Of a stretch of 64,000 nt of DNA, positions 63,218 to 64,000 are shown one piece after another. The translations under genes and the position numbers were made by a program. The notes beneath the pieces were generated by a model. It was not told the origin of the DNA. It was given only the letters and a program-made list of their open reading frames with translations, and made no database searches. Location of the stretch: assembly GCA_963662335.2 (NCBI GenBank), contig CAXXVD010000003.1:288001-352000 (forward strand), in the 5' to 3' direction. Origin of the DNA: Chloroflexota bacterium. GTDB taxonomy: Bacteria > Chloroflexota > UBA11872 > VXOZ01. How positions within the stretch are numbered: position 1 is the first letter of the stretch; each line of letters opens with the position of its first letter.

Positions 63218-63655
63218 CTTGTCATTCTGAGGAGCGCAGCGACGAAGAATCTACGGCCCGGTGACTCGTAGATTCCTCGCTGCGCTCGGAATGACATTGC
63301 CTTTCTTCCGTCCTTGCCACTACTTCCGTCCTTGCCACTACTTCCGTCCTAGCCATTACTTTCTTCTTTGCCATTACATCCATGCACATCACTCGCCCGC
63401 CCTTGTCGTTCGCCTGCCCTTGTCATCGCCTACCCTTGTCGTTCGCCCGCCCTTGTCGTTCGCCTACCCTTGTCATCGCCTACCCTTGTCGTTCGCCTGC
63501 CCTTGTCGTTCGCCCGCCCTTGTCGTTCGCCTACCCTTGTCATCGCATCCGTTCTTGTCATTGCTTTCTAGCTTGTCATTCTGAGGAGCGCAGCGACGAA
63601 GAATCTACCGCCCGGCCACACGTAGATTCCTCGCTGCGCTCGGAATGACATTGCC
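63218..63655. repeat. Two 84-bp direct-repeat hairpin elements flanking 18-bp and 16/17-bp satellites
   Basis: 63218-63301 is nearly identical to 63572-63655; CTTCCGTCCTTGCCACTA x3-4; CCCTTGTC x9 between 63400 and 63541. Confidence 0.9.
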
Positions 63656-63760
63656 GTGCGATTCAGTTTATGTTCGTTGTCTAGCTGCTTAATGCCGCCC
63701 GTGGTGGTATCATACACGGCAGGTTGCGCATGTGGGGCCAGCGCCTTAAGGAGGCTAGCA

Positions 63761-64000
63761 ATGCAAATCCGTTCCATAAACGGTCTTGGCGGGCTTGCGC
63801 TCATCATCGGGCCGGTCGTGACCGTGGTCGCCTTTCTCTTCCAGCCGGGCGGCATGCTCATCGCCAGCGCCGAGGCCAGCGACGCCGCCGGGTCGATTGC
63901 GGCGTCGGTGGAAAATCGCGCCCTCGCCAACTTCACGTCCCTCCTGATAGCCGCGTGCCTCACCTTGACGCTCTTCGGCTTTCACATATTGCTGCGGGGC
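63761..64000 (+). CDS. Membrane protein (3'-truncated)
   Basis: AAGGAGG RBS; MQIRSINGLGGLALIIGPVVTVVAFLFQPGG..., open to the window end. Confidence 0.65.
   Translation, partial: MQIRSINGLGGLALIIGPVVTVVAFLFQPGGMLIASAEASDAAGSIAASVENRALANFTSLLIAACLTLTLFGFHILLRG

Overview
High-GC bacterial chromosomal window. The Tat-lipoprotein solute-binding protein style, Pro/Thr-rich linkers, giant cadherin/FN3 proteins and plant-like LRR protein suggest a Chloroflexota, possibly host- or sponge-associated; this taxonomy is inference only. 1-18 kb: two tandem paralogous giant surface proteins (Ig/cadherin/FN3 arrays). They share an unrecognised ~195-aa, 4-Cys C-terminal domain, and the second is split by an 8-nt deletion in a Pro-Thr repeat. 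The rest mixes housekeeping genes (rodZ-like, uvrA, pheST, tilS), sugar/peptide catabolism genes, three separate ABC/AAA-ATPase defence-like loci, a three-module LRR protein, a P1B ATPase, a TA locus whose PIN toxin is interrupted by a 141-bp MITE, CbiM/CbiQ-like genes and an MraY-like gene. Intergenic DNA is dense with at least four families of REP-like palindromes. These (i) sit in-frame inside UvrA and CbiQ and overlap the TilS 3' end, (ii) seed tandem arrays at their ends, and (iii) include a hairpin whose 35-bp loop is inverted between two tandem copies. No rRNA, tRNA, CRISPR-Cas, reverse transcriptase or transposase gene was recognised.
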